From Dipteris shenzhenensis (taxonomy: Eukaryota), in assembly GCA_047967505.1 (NCBI GenBank), contig CM106538.1: 64,000 nt of DNA. One strand, given 5' to 3'. Position numbers and translations under genes: made by a program. Of the stretch, positions 25,235 to 37,778 are shown piece after piece (position 1 is the first letter of the stretch; each line of letters starts with the position of its first letter). The notes beneath the pieces are model-generated. The model ran no database searches. It worked only from the letters and a program-made list of their open reading frames with translations, and was not told the DNA's origin.

Positions 25235-26370
25235 CTAACTAAGGAAGACTTGGTTTCCCAAATCTTCATTTTTGTCGGGGATGGCTTGCGTGTTGATGGA
25301 GTAGTGCTTCAGTCGGCTCCCGTTTACTGTTGTGTTGAATTGGGCTCCATCCAATGTTCCTAGCAGCACAGCTCCGATGGGATTCATCTTTCGTACTCGA
25401 TAGGGTCCTTGACCTAGATACTTCAGTTTTCCCTTGTGTACTTTGGCATTGTATAATAGGACTAAGTCGCCTTCCTTGATGTCTTTAGCTTTTAGATTTC
25501 TATCAAACCATGCCTTTCTTCTACGTTTTTCTGTTGTCATGGCATGGTAGGTGACTAGTCTTGTCTCTGTATGCTTCTCCAACTGATAGAGCCTTTCTTT
25601 CAAGGATTCATGGTTGCCCATGCGTTCCTGTACTGTGATGCGTAGACTTGGTATTACAGATTCGAGTGGGACCATAGCTTCAAGGCCATACACCAATTGA
25701 AAAGGTGTGTTCCCTGTACTGACCTTGAATGTGGTTCGGTATGCCCATAAGGCAGCATTCAGTTTCTCTGCCCAATCAGAATGCTGTGGTTCTACTACCT
25801 TGGTGAGGATAATGCATATTATTTTGTTGGTGGAGTCCACTGTCCATTCCCTTGGGGGTAGTAGGGTGTGCTTTTTTTATGGATTACCACGAAGCCAGAC
25901 AAGAGTTCTTGGATTACCTCATTGACAAAATGTGTGCCTCTATCCGACACAATTTCAATGGGGCATCCGAATTGGGTGATCAGATTTTCATATAAGAATC
26001 TTGCTGTGCTTCTGGCATCTGCCTTTCTGACTGCTTTAGCTTCAGCCCATTTTGTAAAGTAATCAGTGGCCACAATGATGTAGCATGCCTGTGTTCCTTT
26101 TGCTGCTGGATGTATGGGACCCACATAGTCAATCCCCCATTTTTTAAATGTTTTTTGTGCAACAACTGGTGTTAGGGGATTGAAGTCTTTGTGTTGTGGT
26201 TTAATAGTCCGTTGGCATACATCACAGCCTTTTACATATTCATAGGCATCTGCCCACAATGTTGGCCACCACTAGCTTGTGAGGAGAACTTTTCTTGCGG
26301 TGGCTTCCCCTTGGAAGTGTTCTCCTGCAATGCCTTCATGGACTTCACTCAGGATTGGCATGATCTCTTG
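25235..26370 (-). pseudogene. Ty3 integrase (H2C2 + rve + C-terminal GPY)
   Basis: YVKGCDVCQR, KWGIDYVGP, VATDYFTKWAEA, IVSDRGTHF, STPYYPQGNG, WAYRT, GPYRV, VNGSRLKHY; frameshifted near 25840. Confidence 0.92.
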
Positions 26371-27721
26371 TTGCGTTTAGGTACAATGACAATGGGTGAA
26401 ACCCAATCAGTATGCTCTATCTCGTAGATGAATCCAGCATCTAGGAGTTTTTCTAGCTCGTCATAAACCATGGTGCCTTAGGATTTGTGTGATACGGTCC
26501 ACATACCTTAGGGTGAGCACCTTCCCTTATAGGTATCATGTGTAGTGCCACTTTTGGTGAAATTCCTTTCATCTCTTTGTATGACCATGCTAGGCAGTCA
26601 CGGTATTCCATTAGGAGTTCTTTGAGTTTGGTTTCATCTTTTTGACGAAGCTGTTTCCTAATGAAAACCAAATTTTCTTTCTCCCCTTCAAGGGCGAGGT
26701 TTATTGTGCATGTTTTTGCTGGTCCCTCATAGATTAGAGTTTCTCCAATGCTATCGATTTCTTGAACTTCAGATTCTTTGAGTGGTCTTGGCATTGCTAT
26801 TGGCGCACTGGCACTTGTATAATTCTTGAAGTATTCCGGCACTTCTCGAAGATCGGCCTCTAATGGAGCTGAACTAGCCTGACATGTGTCATGTGTACTG
26901 GGTAGCATAGTTGCATTTATTAATTTGTTAGCTCTTCTTGACTTTCTTTTTCTGAAGTCTCTTGATCGAGCTTCATCCGCACATGTGGCTTATATTTCCG
27001 AAACTTCTTACGTTGGGAACTGTGGGGTAACTTTTCCACTGGTAAGGTGTTTCCAAGTAAGGGTTCATTTGCTGTGCATACTCCCTCCAGTCCCTCAAAG
27101 GACCATTCAAGAGGCAATGATTTTGATTTTGAGAGAGCTGACTTTGCAAGGTACAATTCGACTGGACTCGTTCGAATTCATTGAAGTGCTCGGCCTTGGC
27201 TTTTCTGCAATTTCCTCCTTCAGCTTTCTTGCAGGATCTTTTGCTGTTATTCAACTTTGGAGGTTCAACTTTTGGGAGCTCGACTACCATTAGGGCATGC
27301 AGAATGGCTAAGTCATTGTCAAAGACTTGACCTTCAATTTCAACATTTGTAGCCTCTGTTTCAAGGTCCCAAGGAAAATATGAGTCATCATTGGTATGGG
27401 TACCTTCTTCAGGTTCATTATCCCACCACTCGAGGTCAGCCATAAAGAATGGCATCTCTAGATCGATTGGTTCTTCATGTTGTGTGGGAGAGGAGAGCAC
27501 ACACAAAGGGATAGGGAGACACCAAAAAGTGGTGGAGCAAAAGCTACTCCAGCTTATTCCTCTTTCATATATATATGAGTATACATGGGCACTGTACAAG
27601 TGGGTGGGCACACTGCCCTTTACCCCAACAACCTCCCACTTAAAGGCAGTGTGCCTTTAAGGGAGTATAGTACACATATAATACAATCAGCCATAGGCTG
27701 AAAAACAAGATGACCAGACCA

Positions 27722-29443
27722 TCATCCTATGCCCATCGGCACTTTACAATGTGCAAAGTGCATAGAGGATAAGCTACTAGTAGACATCAGGTTTGCAGGA
27801 TAGAAAATGACAAGCTGTAGATGCCTGTCAACCAAGATCTCATGCCATATCTCACTGGGAGAGTGAACTCTCACCACCACGTGCTCCTGTGCTAAGTCCA
27901 TAGCACTCGAACTATCACTGTGCAGAGAAAATGTCTCTGTACCACCTGTGACCATAAGCACATAACCTACAATAGACCTCTGCTGGTCTACCCAACCTGC
28001 ATCACCTGCATGCTGCTCCTGGAAGCATAAGGACCTGATGTCCACAACCGCTTCCCTACTGTCAAAATCTGCCATAATCATGCTACCAACTCCCACTGCA
28101 ACGGAAGCAAGAACCGGAAGTGTAGCCCCAATGGCAAACATGTGAGAACCAAGTCTCAACACAGTCATGGATGCATGGAGTACTATGGCTGCCATATCAA
28201 CCATAACTTGCTGCTCAACTGATCTGTGATCGTCAAACCTGCAGTGTTTCAAGTATGGAGCCAATACAAGCAATGGAGTACTCAGTAACTTCCCCCTCTC
28301 CATACTAAAACAACCAAGTATCTGACAAACATCATCAAGACCATGCAGCTCCCACTGCAAAGCATCCCTGTCCATAAGGAACCATATGGCAAGCAACCTC
28401 AGAAGGATAGCGACCTCCTGAATACTGAGACCATAACCTGTCTCACTGCGCATCACATCCTGAGCTCTCATAACGGTATCAAACCTATGAAGCCAAGCTC
28501 CAGGGGATTGCTTCTGGCCATGGAGGCACTTACGAAGCAAACACATCAATGATTTCTGCCCATGCGCAATATGACCCGAGTCAATAACTGCAGAAACCAC
28601 ATCTGTCCTGGCATAACCAGCCAATGGATCATACCGGGCATCATTAGCCAAGGTTTCCTCCTCACCATGCATAGCCTCATCCTCATCTGCAAGAGACACT
28701 CCGCATCCTGGGAGTAAACTATAACTGTCCATAGAAGATGCATCAACAATCTCCATAGGAGTATAAACCTGTGGAATGCTCGAGACATCTGATCGTCTCT
28801 GACCAAAATCAGGAAGTAATCGTGGCTGTCCCAACTTTATAACCTGCTCACTGTGGGAAAAACCTCCCACTCCAAGGGATATGGGCTGCCCCTGCAAAGA
28901 ATTCGGAGGTATCAGTGCACTTACACCCTCCTGGAACACCACTCTCCTGCTATCCACAGTCCTGGGCTGTCTAAACATAGCATCCTCTCTGAAATAGACA
29001 TTATGGCTGCGTATCAACTCTCTAGTTGAAGAATCCCATAACCTGTAGTCCTCACTGGACTCACTGTATCCAAGGAAGATACATCTCCTCGATCGGGAAC
29101 CATGAGCATAAGCCTCGCAACCAAACACACGTAAATGCTCATAACATGGTGCCCTGCCTGTCAAGAAGTCAAATGGCACTCTACCATTCAGAGATCTCCT
29201 GGGTGACCTGTTAAGCAAGTATGCAGCTGTCTTACATGCCTCAGCCCAATAGCATTCGGTAAGACCTGCATATCGTAGCATGCTACCAATCCTGTCCAAT
29301 AGAATCCGATTTATGCCTTCTGCCAAGGCATCATGAGCAGAAAGATGAGGAGTGGTCAACACCCTCCTGATACCAAGTGTATCACATAGATGCTGAAATC
29401 TAGAAGAGGTAAACTCTGCATCACCATCAGTCATCAAGCTCAA
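27722..29443 (-). CDS. Copia integrase C-part plus collapsed RT/RNase H remnant
   Basis: TDGDAEF, AEGINRILLD, YWAEACKTAAYLLNRSP, LRVFGC, CIFLGYS, CLLRKCLHGQKQSPGAW; no YVDD motif. Confidence 0.8.
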   Translation of the reverse strand: MSLMTDGDAEFTSSRFQHLCDTLGIRRVLTTPHLSAHDALAEGINRILLDRIGSMLRYAGLTECYWAEACKTAAYLLNRSPRRSLNGRVPFDFLTGRAPCYEHLRVFGCEAYAHGSRSRRCIFLGYSESSEDYRLWDSSTRELIRSHNVYFREDAMFRQPRTVDSRRVVFQEGVSALIPPNSLQGQPISLGVGGFSHSEQVIKLGQPRLLPDFGQRRSDVSSIPQVYTPMEIVDASSMDSYSLLPGCGVSLADEDEAMHGEEETLANDARYDPLAGYARTDVVSAVIDSGHIAHGQKSLMCLLRKCLHGQKQSPGAWLHRFDTVMRAQDVMRSETGYGLSIQEVAILLRLLAIWFLMDRDALQWELHGLDDVCQILGCFSMERGKLLSTPLLVLAPYLKHCRFDDHRSVEQQVMVDMAAIVLHASMTVLRLGSHMFAIGATLPVLASVAVGVGSMIMADFDSREAVVDIRSLCFQEQHAGDAGWVDQQRSIVGYVLMVTGGTETFSLHSDSSSAMDLAQEHVVVRVHSPSEIWHEILVDRHLQLVIFYPANLMSTSSLSSMHFAHCKVPMGIG

Positions 29444-30867
29444 TAGCCCTTTCCTGACTGATTTTCAGCATTACCCAAGAAGCGCTGAAATGTATCATAT
29501 ACATCATGCTTCTGCCGAATCGGATATACCCATATGTACTTTGTAGCAGCATCAATAAATGTCACAAAGTAAGAGGCGCCACCCAGTGAAACGGTAGGCA
29601 TAGGCCCACAAACTGCACTATGAACCAACTGCAATGGCTCAAGATACCTCTCACTAACTGTCTTCCTCACAAAGGAGGATCCTGACTGCTGACCATCATC
29701 ACAATCATGACATAAAATTTGAGAGACATCCATAACAGGAATGTATCTCAATGTTGTAAGGGCTTCCATACCTGTAGTAGACATATGTCCAAGTCTGGCA
29801 TACCATAAACTAGCTGATGGCTGCTTACTAATCATAAGCATCTTATCCTGGACACCTGATACATGCAATGCATAAGAGAATCCAACCCGTGATCCCCTAG
29901 CCATAACCAGATTGCCTCTAGCAATCTTCCATGCATGATCACCCAAAGAGACATGATAACCTGCCTCAACCAACTGTCCAGTACTGATCTTGCTCGTAGC
30001 AAGTCCTGGTATATGTCTAACCCTATGTAGAACAAGAATAGAGCCACTAGGCATAACAAGGTGGATATCCCCATAACCATAGACATCCATAGAATGATCA
30101 ATGCCCATCAAACCACTCTCCACAATGCATTCCTGATATGCACTGAACCATGACCTATGAGGGGTCATATGACATGAAGCACATGGATCTAATATCCAAT
30201 CACCGAGAATGGGTACATCAGTGGCCAAGAAGGAGGTGTCAGACATAGACAAAAGAATGCCTTCATCACTGCTATTGTCAGTGGAAACCCTGGCATCCAC
30301 GCCTTGAAGCTCAACATGCTTCTTCTCCTTCTTCATGTCATTCTTAACCTTGCTCTTCTTCTTGTATTTTCTCAGCCATTTCCAGCAATACTTTTTCATG
30401 TGGCCATACTTTCCACAATAGAAACATCTAGCACAAGTCCGAGAGCCAGACTTGCTCCTGGAATTCCCCCTTGAACATGACTTGTTTCTACCAATAGATC
30501 TACCTCTGGAGTGCATATCAAGGCTATATTTCAGCCCATCATGCTGTAACATAACACTATCATGGTCATACATCCGGCATATATGAGTATAGAACTCATA
30601 TGCATGGTAGTCTACACCCTGTACACCATCCTGTACCTGCAAGTAGACTGACTTCAAGAGTGATGACTGAATGATAGAGCATGCTTGCTCATCCATGTCA
30701 TCCCAATCACTCTGTTTAATGCTATTAGGCTTGACACCTTTGCATTGAATGGGCTTATGCTGCCTCTTCTGCACTAACACATCATAAATCTGCTCTTTCC
30801 AATACTGGAAGTTTGAACCATCCAACCTCTCAATATCAAAGAGGGCACTACCAGCTGTAGATGCCAT
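29440..30867 (-). CDS. Copia gag-protease-integrase N-part
   Basis: IERLDGSNFQYWK, knuckle CFYCGKYGHMKKYC, protease WILDPCASCHMT, LWYARLGH, LVHSAVCGP, YFVTFID. The open frame extends to 31050; likely start at MASTAGS. Confidence 0.88.
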   Translation of the reverse strand: MASTAGSALFDIERLDGSNFQYWKEQIYDVLVQKRQHKPIQCKGVKPNSIKQSDWDDMDEQACSIIQSSLLKSVYLQVQDGVQGVDYHAYEFYTHICRMYDHDSVMLQHDGLKYSLDMHSRGRSIGRNKSCSRGNSRSKSGSRTCARCFYCGKYGHMKKYCWKWLRKYKKKSKVKNDMKKEKKHVELQGVDARVSTDNSSDEGILLSMSDTSFLATDVPILGDWILDPCASCHMTPHRSWFSAYQECIVESGLMGIDHSMDVYGYGDIHLVMPSGSILVLHRVRHIPGLATSKISTGQLVEAGYHVSLGDHAWKIARGNLVMARGSRVGFSYALHVSGVQDKMLMISKQPSASLWYARLGHMSTTGMEALTTLRYIPVMDVSQILCHDCDDGQQSGSSFVRKTVSERYLEPLQLVHSAVCGPMPTVSLGGASYFVTFIDAATKYIWVYPIRQKHDVYDTFQRFLGNAENQSGKGY

Positions 30868-33300
30868 ATCTGTGGCACAATAGGTCACAACCAAAGAGCA
30901 GTATAGTGCAATAGGCAACCCAAATGACCAAAAAATATAGTGTTGTCCAGACCAATCAAGTCTCCAAATATACTGGCTGATCCAATGCTCAAAAGCACTC
31001 AGCCATAAAGAGGCATAAACAAGAATATATGCAGCCCAGTAACTTGCCAATGCCTAGCAATCCAAGTAAGAAATGCACTGAACCAAATGAGCAATGCCTG
31101 CTCAACCAATGGCAATAGGAGCCCAGCTCAACTATCTATAAACATCAGTGCAGCATCCACCAATGCAAATCCATAATGCATCGAAATGGCATTTACTGCA
31201 TCACCAATGCATCACCTCAAGCGCGCAATTGTTTGGCAACAAAATCAAGCATTCACCACTTGCCAAATGTGCCAAAGTGACTTGCCAAAATGCCAATAAT
31301 GCCCTTGGACTGAAGTGAGATTCCAATCACTTTCTGTAATTTACTGTGAGTTCCCAATTCACTGTTGTGCAAGAGAAATTCCTACAACAATACCTCACAG
31401 CCACTTTGGGCAAAATAACACGCTGTCCCTGTTTTTGAACAGCGATATCTTTTCACTGAAAGATCGGATGCCAAAGCTGTAAACAGCAAAGTTGTAGCTG
31501 GTAGAAAGATCTACAACTTATCAGTTGACCTCAAGAGCCAAATCCTTGTGGATTCTCAGATATTCTCACCTGAAAAACAGCTTCCTGCACATTGGTCACA
31601 AATACACAGCAGACTGCAACTTTTTGTGGCTTGCAGAGGCTGTAACTCCTGCAGCTTATACCGGATCAACTTGCTTCCAAAAGCAAAGTTGTAGTATGTT
31701 CTGTGAACTACAACTTTCCAGTTCGGCACAAAGTGCAATTCCGCACCAGGAAAGAGATATTCAGTCCTGAAAATGACTGTTTTGTCATAAAAACAGCAAC
31801 AGCAGCTTCCTTGAATGTTTGCTGCCCTTTACAGCACTCATCTGCTCCGGCAAAAACAGCCCCAAAAAATGGTCAAAATACATCCAGCAGATCACCCCGT
31901 ATGTCAACTGCAACACCAGCAAAATGGCAAGTACAATGCCCAACCAAATCAGCCCCAAGAATGCTCATAGATCAGCAATTAAATAGCCCAAAAGCACTGG
32001 CAAAACAGCCCCAAAATGTGCTCCAAATGATGCTAATCTGACAGGATCTCAATACATCACCGTACCACTGTATGTATCCAACATAGGCAAATAACCATGC
32101 ATCCAACAAACTGTCAATGCATCTCAACCAGGCATGTACCATTGTCAAAGCATGTGTCACTGCCACTGCCAAAGTGATGTATCTGCAAAAAAGATATGCA
32201 ACCCACTGACTAAATGTAACGGAATGTTCACAAGGACTAAGATGCACCAGAGTATGTCCGTACAAGGACCCAAATGCACAGGAAAACACGAGCTAACAAA
32301 GCTCAACTGCAACCAAAAGAAGCTGCATAGTGCACAAGCACATATCCCACACAATGTCCACAAGGCGTACTTCTGCAAAATGTCCCGCAAAGAGACCAAA
32401 ATCAGCCAATGCTCAGCTCCAAGACCTCAAATGCAACACCGGCTATCTCCCAAGCATTCAACTGCATCAAACATGCAATCCAGAGGCTCCCCAACAGCTC
32501 CCAGATGAGCTAGAGACAATGGCAAAGAACTATGCCAAGACTGGAACATCTCCAAAAACTGAGGCAGCTCCAGCTTCATCAATGTGAAGCCTCCACAGGA
32601 ATACATGCTCCAAGTGCCCTCTCGGCCCAGCCACGTTCAAGATGGTGACTCAATAGAGCAAACAGCTCTACAATGGCTCCTCGGCATCGTCAACTCTTCT
32701 CTCCATGTAGCTTGCATCGTCCAACGCCATCTCATTTTTGGCACCCTGAAAGCAACCATGACTCACAATCGCCACGAATGGGCTCACAAGCCAAGCGAAG
32801 TCCCATGATCCAAACAGAACAAGCAATAAGAGTGCCTCTCTAAGTCACAACACAATAGTTAGGCTCCCAGCCACTGAGACACTTCAGCGCCTCAAACTTC
32901 AAACAAGCGCCCATGCGACTCAGTCGATCTCAAAGGAGTTTGCAGTAGCAAACATGCCTAGAGTAGCAACCAAGGCTTCAGCTTCTCCAACGAGCTGCAA
33001 GAAAGCGGCCGCCATGACGATTCCTAAGCCGGCCTCTATGCAACAGTAGCTCCATTGATGGAACTACAACGAGCACCTAACGCAAGACTCCCGGCTCAAC
33101 CCACAGTGCACCTTCAACGCCTTCATAGCATCTTCAATGTCAATGCTTCTCTACCATGACGAACGAGCTCCACGAGCTCCACCATCGCCATAGCCACCAC
33201 TCCTAACAAATAGCTCCTTCCATGCCCGTGCTCTACGGCCATCAGCCTCCCGACAGCTCCATTGCTAAGCTCAGAGAGCTCCTCGTAGATCGAACGCCAT

Positions 33301-33314
33301 GGGCTCTGATACCA
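33301..33314 (-). other. primer binding site (tRNA-iMet)
   Basis: TGGTATCAGAGCCC on the minus strand next to the Copia 5' LTR. Confidence 0.93.
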
Positions 33315-33464
33315 GTTGTGGGAGAGGAGAGCACACACAAAGGGATAGGGAGACACCAAAAAGTGGTGGTGCAAAAGCTACTCCAGCTTATTCCTCTTTC
33401 ATATATATATGAGTATACATGGGCACTGTACAAGTGGGTGGGCACACTGCCCTTTACCCCAACA

Positions 33465-36100
33465 TGTTGGAGTGGAGGATCTACTTGTTGCACCTTAGCA
33501 TCGATCTGTGAGAAGTTGGGGTCTGATGAATGGCAGTTGTCGATGGTTGCCAATGTTTGTATCCAGTTATTGACATTGCTTTGTGAGTCACCTGCTATGG
33601 CATGCTGTTGCAAGGGAGCTGATTTGCTTGAGATTGTTGTTGAAGATGTGTCATCCAACGCTCTATTAATAGCTCCTATCCCCACATTCACCCTAACTAC
33701 AGTGTCTTGATTCTGGATTGTCAGTCTATCAATTCCCCAGTCATGGAGGACTGATGCTTCCCATAACCAAGGACGTCCCAGTAAGATTTGATAGGATTTT
33801 TTAGGGAGATCCAAGATTGTGAATTGAAGGGAAAAGTGGACTCCTGCAATCTTTGTAGACACGCCATTCACTATCCCCAAGGGTTTAGCGTGTGAATCAT
33901 CGACAAGGTGTATGTTGAAATTAGCCTTTTGCATCGGTGGGAGACCCCATTCTTTGTAGAGCTCCTTTGATAGGACATTTACACCTGCTCCACCATCCAC
34001 TATGGCTTGGACTTCATTATATGCCTTGTGGATCAAAGGCATAGTAATGTTGCGTATGTCATCTCTCTCACCCATCCGCACAGGGATATCTTCAATGTCG
34101 TTCATAGGTGGAGGCGCATTTGCGAGTTCAATCCATCCTTTGAAACTCTCCCAGAGATTGGGACAATTCCGTAAGAGGATTCCGATGGGAATTGACACAG
34201 GGCAACTCAGGATGCTAGAGAGTGCGGCTCCTTCAAGTTCACGTGGCGGTACATTATGCTCTAGAGTCTGTTGTTGGAACAAAGGCTCGAGTACAGTATT
34301 AATACTTTGTGGGGCCAAGTCATGGATTGGGTCTTGAGCTTGTTTCTTAGCCTCAAATTGAGCTTGTTCATTTTGTACCCATTGTTGAAGTGCTTGAAAA
34401 CGAGCCTTCTCCACCTCTGCATTTGGATATGGAGCTTCTTTTATTTGAGGCTCGGGAGTTGATGTGGATGAGCTCGGCTGCTCATTGCTTGGTGGAAGTG
34501 GAGGCACTTGTGCTTTCTTTTTAAGAAGCCTCTTTGGTTGGATTGGAATGTTAGGGTCCTTGGTGGTCTCTTTCTGTTGGCGTGTAATTACATTTACAGG
34601 TTGTGATTTTACACTTGCCGGATCCAGACTTTGATGGTCCACCCTAATGATGCCAATTGGGATGTCAGGCTTAACCTGTGTTTGTTCTGGGATCTTATTT
34701 TTCATGGGACAATCCATACAGGCATGTCCTATGCCATAATCTTTGTAGAGTGGTTGGAAAGTAGCGGGGCTACCATGATGAGGGCACTCTGCGATCCGGT
34801 GATTTTCGCCACAACCGTAGCACTTGATTGGTGCTCGAAATGTATTGGCTCGTACTTGATTTGCATAAACTAGTATTAGACCCTCTGCACCTTCTACATA
34901 GTACACTGGGTGCTCTGCTTCATACTCAAATGGCGAGTCTACTTCCTCAGCTTGTAATTGATGTATTGGAACTGCTTGAGGAGCTAGATTTGGTGCTCTT
35001 GGGTATGGTCGTGGATTTGGATTCCTGAGTAGTTGTGGGACTTGTGTCCGAACGGGTATAGGATTTAGCCTTGGAGCTGGGGGCGCTTGTGCAAGTGCCA
35101 ATTTCCTATACATTGGTATGGGTGCCACTTGGTATTGTTGAGGTCGAGGCGGGTTGTTGCGCATGTTGAGGATGCAACTGTTCTCATCATGGCCGACGAC
35201 GACGCAGATATGGCACCACAACCTTGGTGGTGGATTTGCTTGTGCAGTGATCCTAGCTCTTAGGACCGGACACTCATTTGCTGTATGATTGGCCATGCAA
35301 TGTGGACACTAGACATTTTCTCACCGTGGATATGTCTGAGTTGGTGGCTAAGACAAGTGAAGTTTTTGTTCCATGGCCCTACATCATGTCTTCTTTCAGC
35401 TTCATGGTCATGGCCTCTAGGCGATCTTCATTTGATGTTTCAGCAATGTCCTTTGATTTATCCTTTTTCGAGTGCTTATCTCGTGTATTAGATCTACCGT
35501 CATCACTGCTAGTGTTTGAGTCGATCATGCCATCCTCGATGTCAATGGCTGCCGCATGAGCAGCACTGAACGTTTCATAGCTACTTATCTATTTCATATC
35601 CTTTCGAATTTTCTTCTTAGACCTGCTATGAACCATGCCGTGAGGTACTTTGCATCTGGGCGTGGGTCACATTTGGTGATTAATCTCTTCATCTTACCCA
35701 GGTACGTGTGTACATCCTCTCGCCAGCCTTGTTCGAGCTTGCTTAGTTGGAGAGCGAGATCATCTTGTAGCCTCTCTGTTTGAAAGCATCGTTTGAATTC
35801 TGTTTGAAGTAGGTCCCATGTGGCGCGTTCTTCCATGAGAAGGTCTAGGTACCATTCAAACGCTTCATCAGTTAAGGCCATGGGAAACCAAGCCACCTTG
35901 GTTTCATGGGATTGATCTCCACCTACGCGGCATGCGGCATCAAAATGTTAGAGGAATCGGGCTGGATCTCCCCAACCATTATATTTGGGAAGTTCCAGTT
36001 TTCCCAAGGGGCATCGGCCTTGATTGTTGTTATTTCTTCGATTGAAGAAATTGTCAGCCTCGGCATCGAGGTCGATATCCCCATGATTGTCATGATGGCG
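33465..36100 (-). pseudogene. Ty3 gag-protease (continues at 27477-26400 beyond the Copia insertion)
   Basis: WFPMALTDEAFEWY...TWDLLQTEFKRCF; knuckles CHICVVVGHDENSC and CYGCGENHRIAEC; protease AIVDGGAGVNVL...LLGRPWL. Confidence 0.9.
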
Positions 36101-36659
36101 TCCAGCCATGTTGGGTCTGGAGGAGTTAAAGGGAGTGGTTGAATCTCAGGGGGGGATCTGAGGTAGAGGATTGGCGGGAGCGGTTGTTGTAGCAGAGTTA
36201 TATGCGGATGTGGCGAGTGTTGGAGTTGAAGGCATTGGTTGAAACGTAGCTGCATGCAGATTGGGCAAAATTTGCAAAGGTGTCTCTGCCACAAGTGCGG
36301 GTGTGGATGTAGCTTTGTTAGGAGCATTAGAGTGGTGTTAGTTTGTGTAGGGACTATCATGTTAATAATGTGCCTAAGATTGTCCTATGTGTGTAGGAAA
36401 ATGTGCCGGTGCAGATGGATCGTTAATCGGAGGTCACGGCGTGAAAATATGAGCAAATTTGTGCGAAACAAGGCCCACACGGGGGCGCAAATGAGCGAGT
36501 GCTAGGGATGCCGAAATGGTGTGCAATGGGCTGGAAAAATACCCCATAGCATGGTGTTTCCGTGTGTGAAATCTGGGTTCAAACGGATGAGTTACGAGGG
36601 GTTAAAGTAGGGGTCAAATTTGCTTTGTGGGGGGGGTGTCCCAACTGAGGGGTTTGAAC

Positions 36660-37422
36660 CAAGTTAATCTATTTAGGTTAACTATCCTATTTGTCTAATT
36701 AGATGCCTAATCAGTTAGGCTACCCTAACCTAGTTAGGGTTAAACTGACCACAGTTAGTTCAACTAACCTAGTTAGGGTAACTAACCAACAGTTAAACTA
36801 ACCTACCTAAGGTAAAAACTTACCTAACGTAGGTTAATACTAACCGAACCCAAGTTAATACTAACCTAGGTTAAAATTAACCTAACCTAGCCTAGTTTAA
36901 CTAACTTAACCTAACTGTAGCTAAAACTAACCTAACTAAGGTTAACTTAAACCTAGGGTTAGCTTTAGGTTAGCTTTTTTTTTTTGTGACTCCTGTGGGG
37001 GGCTTCCTGACGGCGGCGGCCGGGGGGGGGGGGGGTGTTTTTTCAAACAGAGGGGAGGGGAGGGAGGTGGAGGGAGGGGAGGGTGGAGGGGCGGGTGAGG
37101 GAGGTGGAGGGGAGGAGAGTGTGGAGTGGGGAGTGAGGGAGGTGGGCGGGAGGTAGAGGGCGGAGGGCAGGGGAGGAGCGCTGCGGGCAGAGAGCATTGG
37201 CGGAGGGGCGCCAGCAGGCACGCCGCAGGCGGAGGCATGCCAAGGGAGGCGCATGAGCGGGGAGCGTTGGGTGAGCGCTGTCGCTGGCGGGGCGAGGTGC
37301 TACCGACGCGTCGCTTAGGGGCTGGCGCTGCGTGCGGGCGCTGCCCTTGGGTAGCAAGGGCCTTAAGGCCCTTGCTTAGATGCTAGGCTAGGTAGGTTAG
37401 GGAGCGGCCAATGAGGGGGGCT

Positions 37423-37453
<31 letters not shown>

Positions 37454-37489
37454 GAGAGAGAGAGTGAGAGAGAGAGTGAGAGAGAGAAG

Positions 37490-37526
<37 letters not shown>

Positions 37527-37591
37527 TGAGAGAGAGAAATAGAGAAGAGAGTGAGAGAGTGAGAGTGTAAGAGAGAGAAAGGGGGAGGGAA

Positions 37592-37641
<50 letters not shown>

Positions 37642-37716
37642 TGAGAGAAAAAGAAAGAGAGAGGAAGATGGAAAGAGAGAGAGACAGAGAAGAGGAAGAG
37701 AGAGAAGAGGGAGGGG

Positions 37717-37778
<62 letters not shown>

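Larger units (their letters stand above)
27483..33464 (-). mobile_element. Ty1/Copia LTR retrotransposon nested in Ty3 pol
   Basis: 148-bp LTRs at 27483-27630 and 33317-33464 (TG...CA, one visible mismatch). TSD TGTTG at 27478-27482 and 33465-33469. PPT AAGTGGGAGGT at 27631-27641. Confidence 0.97.
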
